Shown: one piece after another, positions 38,743 through 51,954 of the stretch | How the letters are laid out: every line of letters begins with the position of its first letter | Position numbering within the stretch: the stretch's first letter is position 1 | Source: Kudoa neothunni | Lineage: Eukaryota; Animalia; Cnidaria | Direction of reading: 5' to 3' | NCBI GenBank assembly: GCA_964304625.1 | Contig: OZ199838.1 | Location: 16,599,469-16,663,468 of the forward strand | DNA: 64,000 bases | The notes under the pieces: model-generated | The model's database searches: none | Seen by the model: only the letters and a program-made list of their open reading frames with translations | What the model was told of the DNA's origin: nothing | Program-made: the position numbers and the translations under genes

Positions 38743-40216
38743 CACGTTCAACAGATGCTTATTTACTTAATTTATACTACACTAACGACCTAAAGTATTT
38801 AAGTTTTTGCCATAATCAGAACTTTTTTTATTTATAATAACTTTCGTTTAGTATAAAAATTGTCTAAAAACACTAATTGTACTTTATATTTTTGAATAAT
38901 GCCAAATTTTCTTTAATAAAATCTCCTTTGTTTATAAATAGGGTTATTATTGCTGTATTATTAGGCTTAAGAGAATGTAACAAAGTAAAAAAAATTGTCA
39001 AATAAACAAAAAAAACTTTTTGGAATTTTTTAATTTGGTAGAATCCAATATTATTCATACGATCCAATTTAATCTTCGGAAGCATGCGTTATAATAATGG
39101 TATTTATAATCATTGGAGCTTTTATTGTAGATCAATAACATGCTCAATGTGTCGGATTTTACATAAATTTGTTCATCAGAAATTTAATATGTTCACTAAA
39201 ATTAGTTCTGATCGGGATAAAAGATTTAATAATTGTTCCAATGTGATCAACCATTTATATCCGGGGGTAAAAATTCCTCCATATAAGAGCATAAAATTAT
39301 GTAAAAACTATCACATTAAAATTTAAGCATATTTCTAATATTATTTTTGATAATATAAAAAATCCTAAATTATATAATAATTTAGTTTTTCTAATATATT
39401 TTATTAAAGTTTTGTATGTCATGTCGGACTTTTCAATTTTATTGCGCATTTCAAATTTTTTCGTTTTATATAATACAAAATTATAGTTCCTCTCATATTT
39501 TCAACGTGGCAATTGTCGAAGCAAAATAAATGTATTACACATTCAACGACTGGATTAGGCTATAGCTTATTACAAACACTTAATCAATGCAGTGTTACTT
39601 AGTAGAATTGATTAATAGATAGTAATTGCTAAAAACCATGAGTTGAATGTGGGGTAAAGTGTTAACTGTGAATATTTACCAAGAGGAAAATAGATGATGA
39701 GTTGTTTCGACGCTTAAAACTATCTGTTCATGAATTATTCAATGAATAATCTAATAAATAATTTCATTTTATTGAAATCTAGGGGATAATTACATCTAAA
39801 TAAAAAAACAAATGTTACAAATATTATTCTTAGAGAATCCATTGATTACGAGCGTTTGTTTGTCATTATCTTGGCGATTAAACTGTTTACAAAAATAAGT
39901 TATAACACTGAGATTAGCTTGTATTGATTATTGAGTTTTTAATTGATATAAATAGCAATAATTTTAGACTAGAATCGCTAATCGATTAATTTAGTGTTAA
40001 TCTAAGCTGTAAATTAATAAATTATATTTTGATTATAATAATTTATAAAGTTTATTAAAATATTAAAATGATACTCACTCATAAAGATATAATTATCTTG
40101 AATATCATGATAATCTAAAAATCATAAAATACGAATATAGGCGAATGGAAATTCAATTATAAAAATAAGTAGATTAAACGGGGTTAACACTTGGGCTGTT
40201 TGATTGTGGTAGTGCA

Positions 40217-43200
40217 ATGTCTGATGATGAACCGTTTATCGCAGAAATGAGTGGTTCAGATGCACCACTAGAGACTTCTCAAAAAAAACCCTCATTACTC
40301 ATCGAAATATTATTTTTTTTCACAATGACCTCAATTATGCTTGGTACATCATTTTCAACAACAATTTGTTATCACATGTTATCTGTTGATTGTATATTTA
40401 TTAAGGTTTGGCATACGTTGGTGACCCTACAACTGCGGTACAAGATATCATTCTTGATGTATATGATGTGAGAAATTCCATGGAAAATATATTCTATCTT
40501 AGAATATTAATATATCCTCAGCTCAATATGGAATGTTTTCGTCGCTTTACTCGTTTCCCAAATATTATATTTGTTCTGTTTGGAGGTGTAATCGTTGATA
40601 ATATTATTGGAGTGAGGTAATTTTTTGTATAGGCGTATATTTTTTAAGAATGTGACAAATGAACCGTAAATTTTTTAATCCTGCGCGTATTATGATAACG
40701 ATATTTATTTGTTTAATTGTTTTCGCTTTTTTAAATATTTGTAAACCATTAAAAATAAAATATTTTATAAAAAGAGCTTGTTATGATATCTTTATTTATG
40801 AGTTATTCGGATTAAAAATTATTACCGTGCAAGCGTAAGTGTAATTTTTATTATATTTTTTACGCTCCATAGTCACTTAATCTGTCATTATATTAATTAT
40901 ATTTTATTAATATTAAATTTTAGATGGTCAGCATTTATGTTTTCCGTTATTATTTTTATCGGCCATGTAAGTTGCATTTTCTCTAATTTTCTGTTGGATT
41001 AATTTTTAATTATTCGGTTTCGTTAGTTATTTTTTACAGCAGGCTTCTTTTGGAATAGTTTTATATTGATGTTGGTTGGACGCTTTGTTGTGGGGTAATA
41101 TTTTTTTAAACAACTTCACTTGAGTTTTTTATATGAAGTATTGGAGGTGAATCTTTGAGCGTTGCTACGTCAAAATATATTGTACTCTGGTTTAAAAATC
41201 GATCCTTGACTTTTGTGTTTTCTATTCAATTGGCATTCGTAAGATTGGTAAGTGATTTTTTTGTTTGCTTATGCGATCCTCATTATATTTATATATGTAT
41301 TTTTATATAGGGTTCTGTTTTCAATTTATTATTTTCACAAAAACTCTATCTGTATTTCCGTGACAAATATCCACCTTTCAAAAATACCACCTGTCTCTCA
41401 TTGATGTATATTGTTGGTAATTCTTATGAGTTAAAATGCAAGAATTATTGTGGACATTATTTGACCATATTTAGGACTGGGTGTGTGTTTGTTTTCGGTT
41501 ATTTGCTCAGTTATAAGTGGGATTATTGACAAAAATGTGAGAAAGTCCGAGCCCCCTACCACTTCCACTAAAAGTAATGATAAAATCCTTTTCTACTATA
41601 ATTATAATATTATTTTTTAGATGAAAATTCTGAGGAAAATCAATTAACCTGTAAATTATATTTTTTAGTTATTTTAAAATTCTATTCAAATCTATAATGT
41701 TTTTAGGCTGCGCCCAATTGAAACAATGTTTGAATCTCGGAACTCCCTTTTATATGATATCACTGGCTTGTGTTATTTTTTACGCTGGATTCCCTTGCTT
41801 TACTCAGTTTGCCATGTATTTTGGATGTTAAGAATTCAGCTGATTTCAAATGAAATTGTCTAGCTCTCACCTTTCAAATAAATACATGATCTCTGGCGCC
41901 AAATCCGCCTATATTCTTTGGTAGATGTTCAACATTGTGATTTTATCGATAAATTCTGCTCTTGTAGTATTTACAGTGCTGCTGGTATCATAATCTCCCC
42001 ATTGGCTGGATTGTTGGTCACTGCTGTAGGATATGACCTTATTGTCGGTATTTTCTCTATCTCGCAATCCTTCACCATAAAAAGCTTGATATTTACTCCT
42101 TTTAATTCCAACTCAATTTATTTGATTCTTTTAGGTCTTCCTTGCTATCACTTTGTGTGCTACGATCCATTTGGCCTTCACATTTTCATTCATGAACCCT
42201 TACGTTATGATAGTAAATTATTATCTATATACTTGTGATTTGATAATGATTTGTGTGTATTAGTTAATCACATCAGTGTCAACCACATTTGTGAATTGTG
42301 TTATGTGGCCAATCGTAGCTTATGTTGTTCCCGAAAAAAAGATTGGAATAGGCTACGGAATGTAATTATCTATTTGTTGGTAAACCCTTCGGCGCATATG
42401 TTTTTTCATATGTGGAACTTAATGCTCAAAGTTTTTATTGATTTATACCATTAAATATTGCTCTGAAAGATTAAATATTTTAATATTGAATTCAATTAAA
42501 GCTCAATTATGTTTAAATTATGATATAAATATTAATGTGAACCAAACATTATTTATTTAACTTTTTCACTGAGTATTGGAAAATTTTCCAAATTGAATTG
42601 ATGATTAATAATCGGAATCTACAGAAATTTATACTTCTCAACAAATTTTTAATCAAAAAGTATTATAAACAATGAATTGGAATTTAATTTAAGTATGGTT
42701 TGAATGATTTTGAATTTTTAATTGTATGTTTGAATATTTTAAATCTTATAATTAATTTTTATATCTTCTTTATTAATGAAGTAAAGTTAAAAAATAAATA
42801 ATCATTGTAATAGTTTGTTTTTTTGTGATTAAACCGAAAATACGAGGTATAATCAAATTTATTGCTAATTTATCTGCTTAAAAATTATATAAACTAAAAA
42901 TCAAAAATTCTAATCTATTTCAATAATAATGATGCTTATGTTTTTAGCTAAATAAGGAAATATAACCCCAACCGTGAATTAATGATTATCGGGAAGCGCA
43001 ATCGCGCATGCAGGAACTGCTAATTAATTGGGTTTCTGCTTATTTAAGGAATTTAAATAATGATTTGACTAATTTTAGACACATATTATAATAATGTAAG
43101 TTTAGAATATTTAAGAATACCGTAAGGTGATTTTATGTTAATTCTTGTCTCATTTAATAGGAAGAAAATTTTATTTATTGCCCTACAAAGTTTTAACCAA

Positions 43201-44169
43201 ACGTAGTTATCGAAGAAGCTATTCCATCGAATTTTATCAAAATAATGGCATATTTAAACATTAACATTGATCGAGATTAATCATTATATCTATATATAAC
43301 ATTAAAATTAATTTTGATATAAGCGATGATTTAATTATTTCTTGAAAAAGAATAAATTTCCTATACATGCTCCGTTTCAAAGAGTTTGAATATTTAAAAA
43401 ATGTCGCTATTTCCTTAAATAAAATTTTTCCGCAACAGTTAAGCGATAAATCCTAGAAATATTAATGTAATCTTCAAATTCTTGTATACTGGATAACAAG
43501 AACGTATGCAATTTTTATATTAAATAAATTTGAGTTTATAATTATTAATTTAAAATATTAAAATTTTATTCATAAAGTGAATAATTCATCAATTTTTAAA
43601 CTAATATTTTCTTAGTTATTAAAAACTAAATTATATAAAATATGCATGATTATTTAGTGTTAGTGTCATTACGAAAGTTTCATGAGTGCTTTATTGATAA
43701 ATTTTCTTAATGAATATTTTGGTACATTTTTGAAACTTTAAAACAACCCCACAGAATTATAGTTAGTAGATTTGTTTTAATAAAATTTAACGTGATAGTT
43801 TACATTTAATATGAAGATTAACATATAACAGTCGTTGGAAGGTTAAGCGAAAACAAATTTGTTAAATCTTTTATACTTTTTAGCATGCAATGTATACAAA
43901 ATCTTGGTTTAACTTTGTCCCCAATAACCGCCGGAGCTTTATTGGACAATTATGGATTTTTCTCCCTTCAAGTATACATCGTCGGTATTACAACAAGTAC
44001 GTCAACTGGTGATCATTGAACATGTTATAATTTGGGTTTAGTTGCCGCTCTGGTTTGGAGTGTTTTATTTCTTTTGGATACCAAATCATGTAATGGCGTG
44101 TTAAATGCCTCAACAAGATTCCGGAAGACACTGAAAAATCCTCATTTAGACGACGAATTTGAATCATAA
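40217..44169 (+). CDS. MFSD1: MFS transporter, MFSD1-like (lysosomal); multi-exon
   Basis: YVGDPTTAVQD, QYGMFSSLYSFPNIIFVLFGGVIVDNIIGVR, MLVGRFVVG.GGESLSVA..WFK, LWPIVAYVVP..IG..YG and IQNLGL; large intron ~42362-43884; one frameshift at 40557. Confidence 0.85.
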
Positions 44170-44255
44170 CATTATTATTTAAATATTGATCCTTAAAATA
44201 ATTTTTTATTCTGATGGCGAAAAAAACGCTGGAAAATTTTATAAAAAATTATTTT

Positions 44256-45138
44256 CTACAACCAAGTCCTATTACAAACAGCCAATATTTTGTTTTTTTT
44301 TCGAGATAAATTCCTAATCATTTGAAGCTTGAGTTTCCTCTTGAAACTTTTGTTTTGCATAAATTTTTCATAATAATGCCTGCCTTTTCGCTGTATATAG
44401 TTAAAAATTTTGTGCTCAACAAACGAGTTTATAAGGCTCATCTTTATAATTTCGCAATCCTGTTGGTCTAACAGGCTCTTTTCAACCAGAAATTGATCGT
44501 TCTAAACAAACGAAAAGTCATAAAGCAATCTCATATGGACAACTACTGTAGTAGGAGACTGAACCAAACTGTTGAACAATTCTTCCTTATTTAAATTGGT
44601 CAAAAACTTCATCAAACCATTTCTGTTCAAATACAAAAAGTGTTCAGGCGAATTATCCACGTCAAATTGGAAGTAATTTCGAATGGCAACTTCATCCAGG
44701 TTAACTATTTTTTCAGTGTTAACTTTAGATTGCGAGAAATACTCCAAAGCTATTTCTCCAATTGCCCAATCGATCATATCAGGTATGGAGTGGATTTTAA
44801 TTTGGTTCTAAACATCAAAAATTATATTAAATGAAATTAATTCATTAATTGTAGAAATACCCTTTTATTGGATTGTAAGTAAGTCTGATACAGTTTTGTA
44901 CAAAATCTCGTGAGTATTAATGGAATTGTTCTATTGAGAGTATAATCTTTTGATTTGATGGAATCGAAGCTTTTAGATTCATTTGGTTTACTATCGTTCT
45001 TTTCTATCTATTAGAGGCTGGTAGAAATAATTGGAAAAGAAACAGAAATACCGGAAATTCGATAAAACAACTTTCTGCGATCCAAAAATTTGCATCGACC
45101 ATTATCGATAGAAAATTTAACAGGATCAATTGTATCTA

Positions 45139-45183
<45 letters not shown>

Positions 45184-46376
45184 ACTGCCAGGGAGAAGCA
45201 GCTCCAAATTGTTTCCTCATTGTATCTTTGATACACTCAATAAATTGTTCAACAAATAGTTTCATATCAAAGAGTTTAAGATCTCCAATCATCAACGATC
45301 GATATAATCTTCTAGAGGCTTGAAGCTGACTTTTATCTCTTAAAAATTCAATTAAAAAATATGCTTGTGGTTTGATATACATATTTGAATGTTGTAATGC
45401 TTCCCAATTGACTTTTTTCCAACTGCACCAATGGGGCGTTTGTATCATGATAGTTTTACGAGCTAATTTGTAATGTTTGGCCTTAAGTGGATCATTGAGT
45501 ATACAACCCGAAATGTAACTCTCAACATCATGACTGCAAGTGTTATTGATGTATTCCTGATAGAAATCCAAAAACTTATTTTTCAGTATGTCTGGATCTT
45601 GTTTTTCATCACAGATTAAAGTGTTTTCGAATTGTTTTCTTAAATAGTGATAATGGATAAAGTTCAAATTGACATTGTGTGGGAGTGGCACGTTATATTT
45701 CAACCACCCTTTTTCCACCAATTGCTGAAACGCTTCCAATCCATATTTTGATAGTTGCTCACGAAGGATTCGTTTCAAAGGCCCATTCATGTCCATCAGC
45801 TCGATAGGAGTGGCTACATATTCCACCATACGTGGTACTAACGAAAGCGGAAACGGAGTAGACTTTATTTTAATATTTTCAAAGGGGCTAATTTTAACAG
45901 GAATATCTATGTGGGGAAAGCCCAAGTGATTTAAAACGTCTTTCTCTTCTTCACTCACTTTCCGCCAGTTGGAACGCAAAAAAATACAACTTTTCGCTCA
46001 CACTCTCGTACATTTTGGACGTGGAGGAATCGAAACTGCTTAAGTCGTGTGCTTTCTGTGTCTCATAAAGTAACAATGCTTCGTTGTCAGTTGTGTTGGA
46101 TCTGGTTCCAACCTCAATATCCATATCTTCCAAACTCAAATTGTGGACAAAATTGTAATGGTAATTAAACAGTTTTTCTTTATTCACTGTTATAGAAAGT
46201 GGGTAAACATCAGATTGATACAATTTTTCAACAACACAATCTGGAAGGTTTTTGGGGTCGCTACAGCATCTTCGAAATAGTCTTAGCGGGCCAGCTTGGA
46301 ACATATCCAGTTTCGATTTATGTATCACGTGGATATTATTTGAGATTAAGACTAAATTCTCTAGAGTCAAGACCAT
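44256..46376 (-). CDS. Spliced gene for a ~600-650 aa protein of unknown function (orphan)
   Basis: Long ORFs 46376-45951, 45979-45186, 44777-44502 and 44441-44256, joined by candidate introns (45185-45136, ~45050-45009, ~44860-44808) and homopolymer frameshifts. No family recognised. Confidence 0.6.
45139..45183 (+). repeat. (TAG)n trinucleotide microsatellite
   Basis: ~15 perfect TAG units. Confidence 0.97.
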
Positions 46377-48469
46377 TTCTCTAATTTGTTGTTTCCATTA
46401 CTTTCTTAAGTAATTGGAAAAATGAAGATATTCACATAAATAATAAATAGCTCTCCTGATGATAATCGAATCAAAATTAATTCTAATTTTCAAAGCATTT
46501 CAGTATAAAATTTGTAAGTTTTATAATAATAAATTAGGAAAAAATATAGCAACGCATCTCTTATAAAATGTTATTAATTTATACATCATAGGTAAAACCG
46601 ATATTTTTTTATTTTTTTTATATACATTTAAATTACACTTATTAATCTGGAAGATTGATTTTGGACTTTAATCTAAAACAGCAGAATAAAACCATCGTCA
46701 ATGGAATTATTTTCAAAAGGTGTAAATACACTTTTTACTGTAATTGTGGTACATAATTGTGAATTATAAAGAATAAATTTCTTAAAAAATATATAAGCTA
46801 AAATTAATTACTTTATTAATTTCACCCAAAATATTATTACTGCATATCATGTGAAATACTAAAACTAAAAAACCCAAACGACGGTTAATTAAATCACATA
46901 CGATAATGTAAGAAAACTTCAATTTAGCTTAATTGTATAAACATTTATATTTTTACGGTCTTTTAATGACGTTAACAATTTTTATCTCTCTAAAATTCTT
47001 TATCCTTGTTTATCTAAAAATTCACAGTACTTTTAATAAACTTCTGTATTGTTAAATAAAAATTCTTTTAGTTTTTAATTCAAAACATTCATTGTTTGTT
47101 TTCGAAAGATATCGAGGCTTTAATCCACTAAGTAAAATGGGGTGGATTTTGACTCCAAGTGAATTTTTCCAATATTATAGCGTATTAAGTTTACAATAAC
47201 TCCCCTCTAGTTTGTTCAAACTTTTATCTTTATATTAACAAAGTTAACGTAAAATTACTTTCTAAATAAAATCGGTGTAGAAATTTACCACACATTTTTC
47301 CTGCATTAAATTATTTAAAATGTTGGTAAATGTCTTTTTAAGATTTTACGGAAATTCTATAGAGTAAATAATGAATAAATAACGGAAAACTATACACGCG
47401 ACATCGTGGCGCACGCGCAATATCAATAGTAGCCAATGTTTGGGGTTTTTTCATTTTTTAGAAAATTATGGGTTTTTTACTGGAAACATTGAATAATAAC
47501 ACAAAGGTTTACATATGGGGCATCAGATTTGTATTTTTGTAACGTATCCTATTCAGGCTAAATCAAGCAGGTTTTAAACATTTATGATATTAACCCCCTA
47601 ATGAACCTAACGAACTTGGGGTCTTTTTTAGCCAAAAGTAGTTTAAATTGATTATAATATTTTACTTATTCTTTTGAAACACTTGAAATTCATGTTATTT
47701 CCATTAAATTACGATATTTACAACTTATTAAACTTTGAAAAAACAATTAACATTATTTCGCATTGAAATAAAAAATTACACTCCAACGAACTGGGGATGG
47801 TTAAAAATTAAACCTACTAATACAATCATACTCCAAAAAATATATAAACATAAATGCGCGCGCACTCAAAATATAACTTTAATAATTGGTCATTAATTCA
47901 AAATTTTCTCGATGAAAATTCCTCATATTTTGACAGTCAATGCTGATTTTTATTTGAGACAATTTTATCAAATAAAAACGTATTGTAAATTTCTACGCCA
48001 TTTTATTTGGAGGATATAGATTTTTCAGCTAGATGCTCCATGTTACATTCTACATGCTACTTGGAAGGTTAAATAATATTTTCTACGCAAAATTCGGATA
48101 TAAAATGACAAAATAATTCCTCTAATTAATCTACTCTATTGTCACTCCAGACAAAAAAATTCTCTTAAATTCTACCACTTTATCAAACAGAATATATTAT
48201 TATTTCAAAATGAAAGCATCAAACGACAAAAAAAATCTAGCGCTTAAATTTACGAATGTTTTACCTATTCACATCACAGCAAGTGGTGGAACGTATCGCT
48301 AAATGCTAACCGATACATAAAAAAAGTTAATGCATATTGAAAGTGGACGCTCTGTATTCTAAGCGATTATTGGGAATAACACGCCAAATATAAATTAAAC
48401 AATTGAAAATAGAATAGATAAATATTTACAATATAATAATTGTTTTAGTAAATTAATAAAAGCAAAAAG

Positions 48470-48898
48470 TCATTTGGAAGAATGTCTAGTCTCGATGTGA
48501 GCAGCCAAATCTTCGGAACAAGAATAACATTTGCGACATGGGTTTCCGTTGTTATCTTTCAGATTGCACACGTGGACATCACCTGTGGGGAATATTTCGA
48601 AATTGATAACATTTTCACCACACCTACCAATTGAAAATTTTATAAAAAATGTATCAATTAGATAGAAAATCATTTCACCTAGGACAAATTGTGCCATTAA
48701 CAATTCCAATATTTTTTTGTGCAAGCCATGCAATAAAAATGTTTACACGGTAACTAATGGAAAATTCGTGAGATGTCATTATTACCAAAACAACTAAATT
48801 ACCAATCTACCATATTTGGCGATTGGCAGTTTGCATTGGCAACATTTATACACCATTTTAGTGTAATCAACATTTCCAACAACATTTAATTCAATCAT
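48470..48898 (-). CDS. CBLL1: Hakai/CBLL1-like RING-HYB protein, ~107 aa, 3 exons
   Basis: Exons 48898-48803, 48753-48679 and 48623-48470 encode KCCQCKLPIAKYGRLLPCKHFYCMAC...CPRC...VHVC...CRKCYSCSEDLAAHIETRH, matching Hakai [22 protein letters not shown]...CKRTYLSQRDLQAHINHRH. One extra base in the T7 run at 48712-48718. Confidence 0.85.
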
Positions 48899-49037
48899 TT
48901 AGCTTCACACTAACTTTCCGGCTGAACACGAGAACATTCGAACACGAATTTGATGTCTAGTTTGCCTCCTGTATCTCCAAACACTTTACCTGCAACAAGA
49001 AAGTGCGATCAACACGATTTTTATAAACTAGACTAAT

Positions 49038-51403
49038 ATGGTAGTTAGGAAGCGACATATAACTACGATAACCGACGTAGACAATGAATTAGAAAAGCCA
49101 ACCAAACGAGCCAATAGTGATGGCACTATGAATCCTAATGTTGCAATGATTGTTGATGAGCGTAGGAAGTTGTGTTCTAAGTTGAAGCTAGAATTTCAGC
49201 AAATAAGCGACGATATTGTTGCCGAGCCGGAGGATAATGTAATGACCATGATGGATTGTTTCTGTGTTGTTAACGCCAGTTGGTGATTAGTTATATAGAA
49301 TTCATGTTATTATAAACCATATGGATAATTATCAAACCACTTTACCTTCAATTATGAAAGCAGCGTTGAAAGTTTTGACCTACACATTTTCAAACATAAT
49401 TCCAGGGTATATTGGCAAAGTTGTTACAGAATGTTTGTGAGTAAATGCACCAACTGTGGGTGCTTTTTAGTTACAACATCAATCCAGACACGGACAATCA
49501 ATCCAAAACAAAAAACGTGCAACTAACCAAGGAGATGAAAAAAATTCAAGAATTTGAAAATAAGTTGGTTGTGGTTTATCACAAGTTTTTGAAGAAATTA
49601 ACTAACTATCATGACTGTATATATTTTAAGTTTGTCATAAAAAGCGTTAAATTATTATTATTCGAATTAGATATTATACAAAAATATCAATCCAACGAGA
49701 ATAATCCCAACAAAATTAGCTGTACCAACAATCTAATATCTAATATCTAATTGGTGAGTATAAACGAATTTTGATAGATTTACAAGAATCAGGTTGATTT
49801 CAATTGCGAAATAATATGCGAACTATTGCAAAAATTGTCCCATTTTAATCATTTTGAAATGCTGGCTAGTTTAGCCATTAAAATACTCACAAAAAATCAC
49901 GCATTTGATAATGTAATATCTCCTCATTGTTAAATTTGTTAAAAAATTGTTTGGTGTTTAGAACAAGCAGACTGTCCTTTCTGCTTTTGAATATTTGTTC
50001 AAGATGGATGAAAATGGCTACGTCACTTCAGTCGCCGTTGGCTACATTTCTAAGATTACTAAAAAAGGAATCAAAAAGATTCCTTCACCTCATGTACATT
50101 TTTCGTACACAATTTAAGTCAACAATTTGTTAGATTATTGATGTCTTGTTGATGATTCAACTGAACGAAGATGTGCTTCGAGAATCCTCCACAGATAAAA
50201 ATAATAACAATAATAATGCGCAGCAAAAACAATTATTTGATCGGAAACAATTGTCTAGAAAGGATAAAAAGGTTTTTGGGTGGTTGCGAATTCAGCTTAA
50301 TTTTTGGTGGTAGACGAAAAAACAGATAAAAATATTAGAAAAAGAACTGACCGAAGTTGAGTACTCAGAAAAAATTTACTATCATCAAAAAATACGTAGG
50401 ATAAACTTATCAGTTTGAAATTAGTAGTTGTGTGATTTAGCACTCTCAAATCTTGTCTCAAGTTTGTGCGATTTACTTCCGAATACTAAAAGAATGCGAC
50501 AGCATCAAGTCAAGCTTATTTCAAGCTGCTCTTTGTGGCATCAGTAAGTATGGTAGGCTTGTGAGACGTGAATTTTTGGTGGAAATTGCGGATTACATTA
50601 AAATGCTTATAAATGAGAAAGATGTAAATTGTTTTGCTTTTGAAGATGACTTTGAATTGTTTTTAGTTGTTCACATTTGGCGATTGCGTTAATGCTATAA
50701 ATGTGTTGTTGAGCATTTTGGAGCATCCTTCTGAGAGTAATCTATTGTTTAACTGTGTCGTTAATTATTAAATTATTTCATCCGATTTAGATATGGGCGG
50801 TCAAATATCTACCGACTATAAAATGGTTCTTAAAGCTTGTTATAATTTATTAGAAAATCTTGCTATTCCAAATAATAGTAGTTTAGTTGTTTTGGTGTTC
50901 TTTTTTGATGGGTTTTCTATTTTTAGAATTCCCAAGTAAAGATATTAAAAATTTTTTTGACATCATGAGTAAAATATTGCTATTCAATACTTTTAAAGTA
51001 ATGCAGGATGACATTATTGTTTTAAATAATTGGTATCAATAATGTTTAATTGCATAGGTGAATAACCCTGTGATTTTGGCTTTTACAAAGCGTGCCTGTA
51101 ATGTTTGCTTGCACACCAACAATTCAATATGTGTCGAACTATTGCTACTTTTGAAGAACCTTTTTTCGGTATGTTGATGATATGTTATTGCATATTTGAA
51201 AGTGTTAGTAGAGAAACCCTACACTATCTAAAATGCTCGATGAAGAATATTGTGGAGGGAAAATTTATCGACCTGAAATTGAGGATCCCGAATTTTGTTG
51301 CGCTGATGCCACACTCTGTTATGAGATTGCATTGCTTAGAAATAGCTCCAACCCTCTCATCAAAAAACTGGTTAATGATATTATACTCATGAAAAGAGTG
51401 TAA
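49038..51403 (+). CDS. NOC3L: Nucleolar complex protein 3 homolog; multi-exon
   Basis: IIPGYNI, LTKEMKKIQEFE, CELL..LSHFN, LSRKDKK..K.LEKEL.EVE, IYFRILK, LAFTKR and YRPEIEDPEFC. Confidence 0.88.
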
Positions 51404-51954
51404 TTGCAACCGTAGATGTAGATAAATAGATGAAGTAGCTATGTTTATAATTTATTTCCATATGTAATTAACCCAAAGTTGCTTATTTTATACAGGTTAC
51501 AATGAATTTGATTCGCTTTAATTTTTAAATTTAAATGAGGTCTGCATGATATATTTCTTTGGCGCAGTTTTTTAGATCGCATACCTTTCCTAGGAGCTCA
51601 CAAATAATCATAATTCAAGGTAGATACACTGGAAAATTTTGAAAATTCCAATAAGTATGAATTTTTACTGGAGTATGCAGGGATATATTTTGTTAATTTA
51701 TTTAAACTGTCACAATTCTCGCGGGAAATTAAATCCTAATAGCTGACTATCGTGCTAACGCGATTTTTAATACAATCAATTACTATTCATAAGTGATAAC
51801 TCGGTTATTTTTCTAAAATATAATCAAAATTCATTGGCGATTGACACGGACGTTTTTAATCTAAAATAATAAGTCCTACTTATAGTTGGCCTATAAAGTT
51901 TATTTTTTAGAATCTGCCCTATTTAATGCAGTCAGAACTATACCTACCTGGATA

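Noticed and set aside
45136-45185. Poly-Thr tract in the 322-aa ORF
   Set aside because: Better explained as an intronic (CTA)n microsatellite; not asserted as coding.
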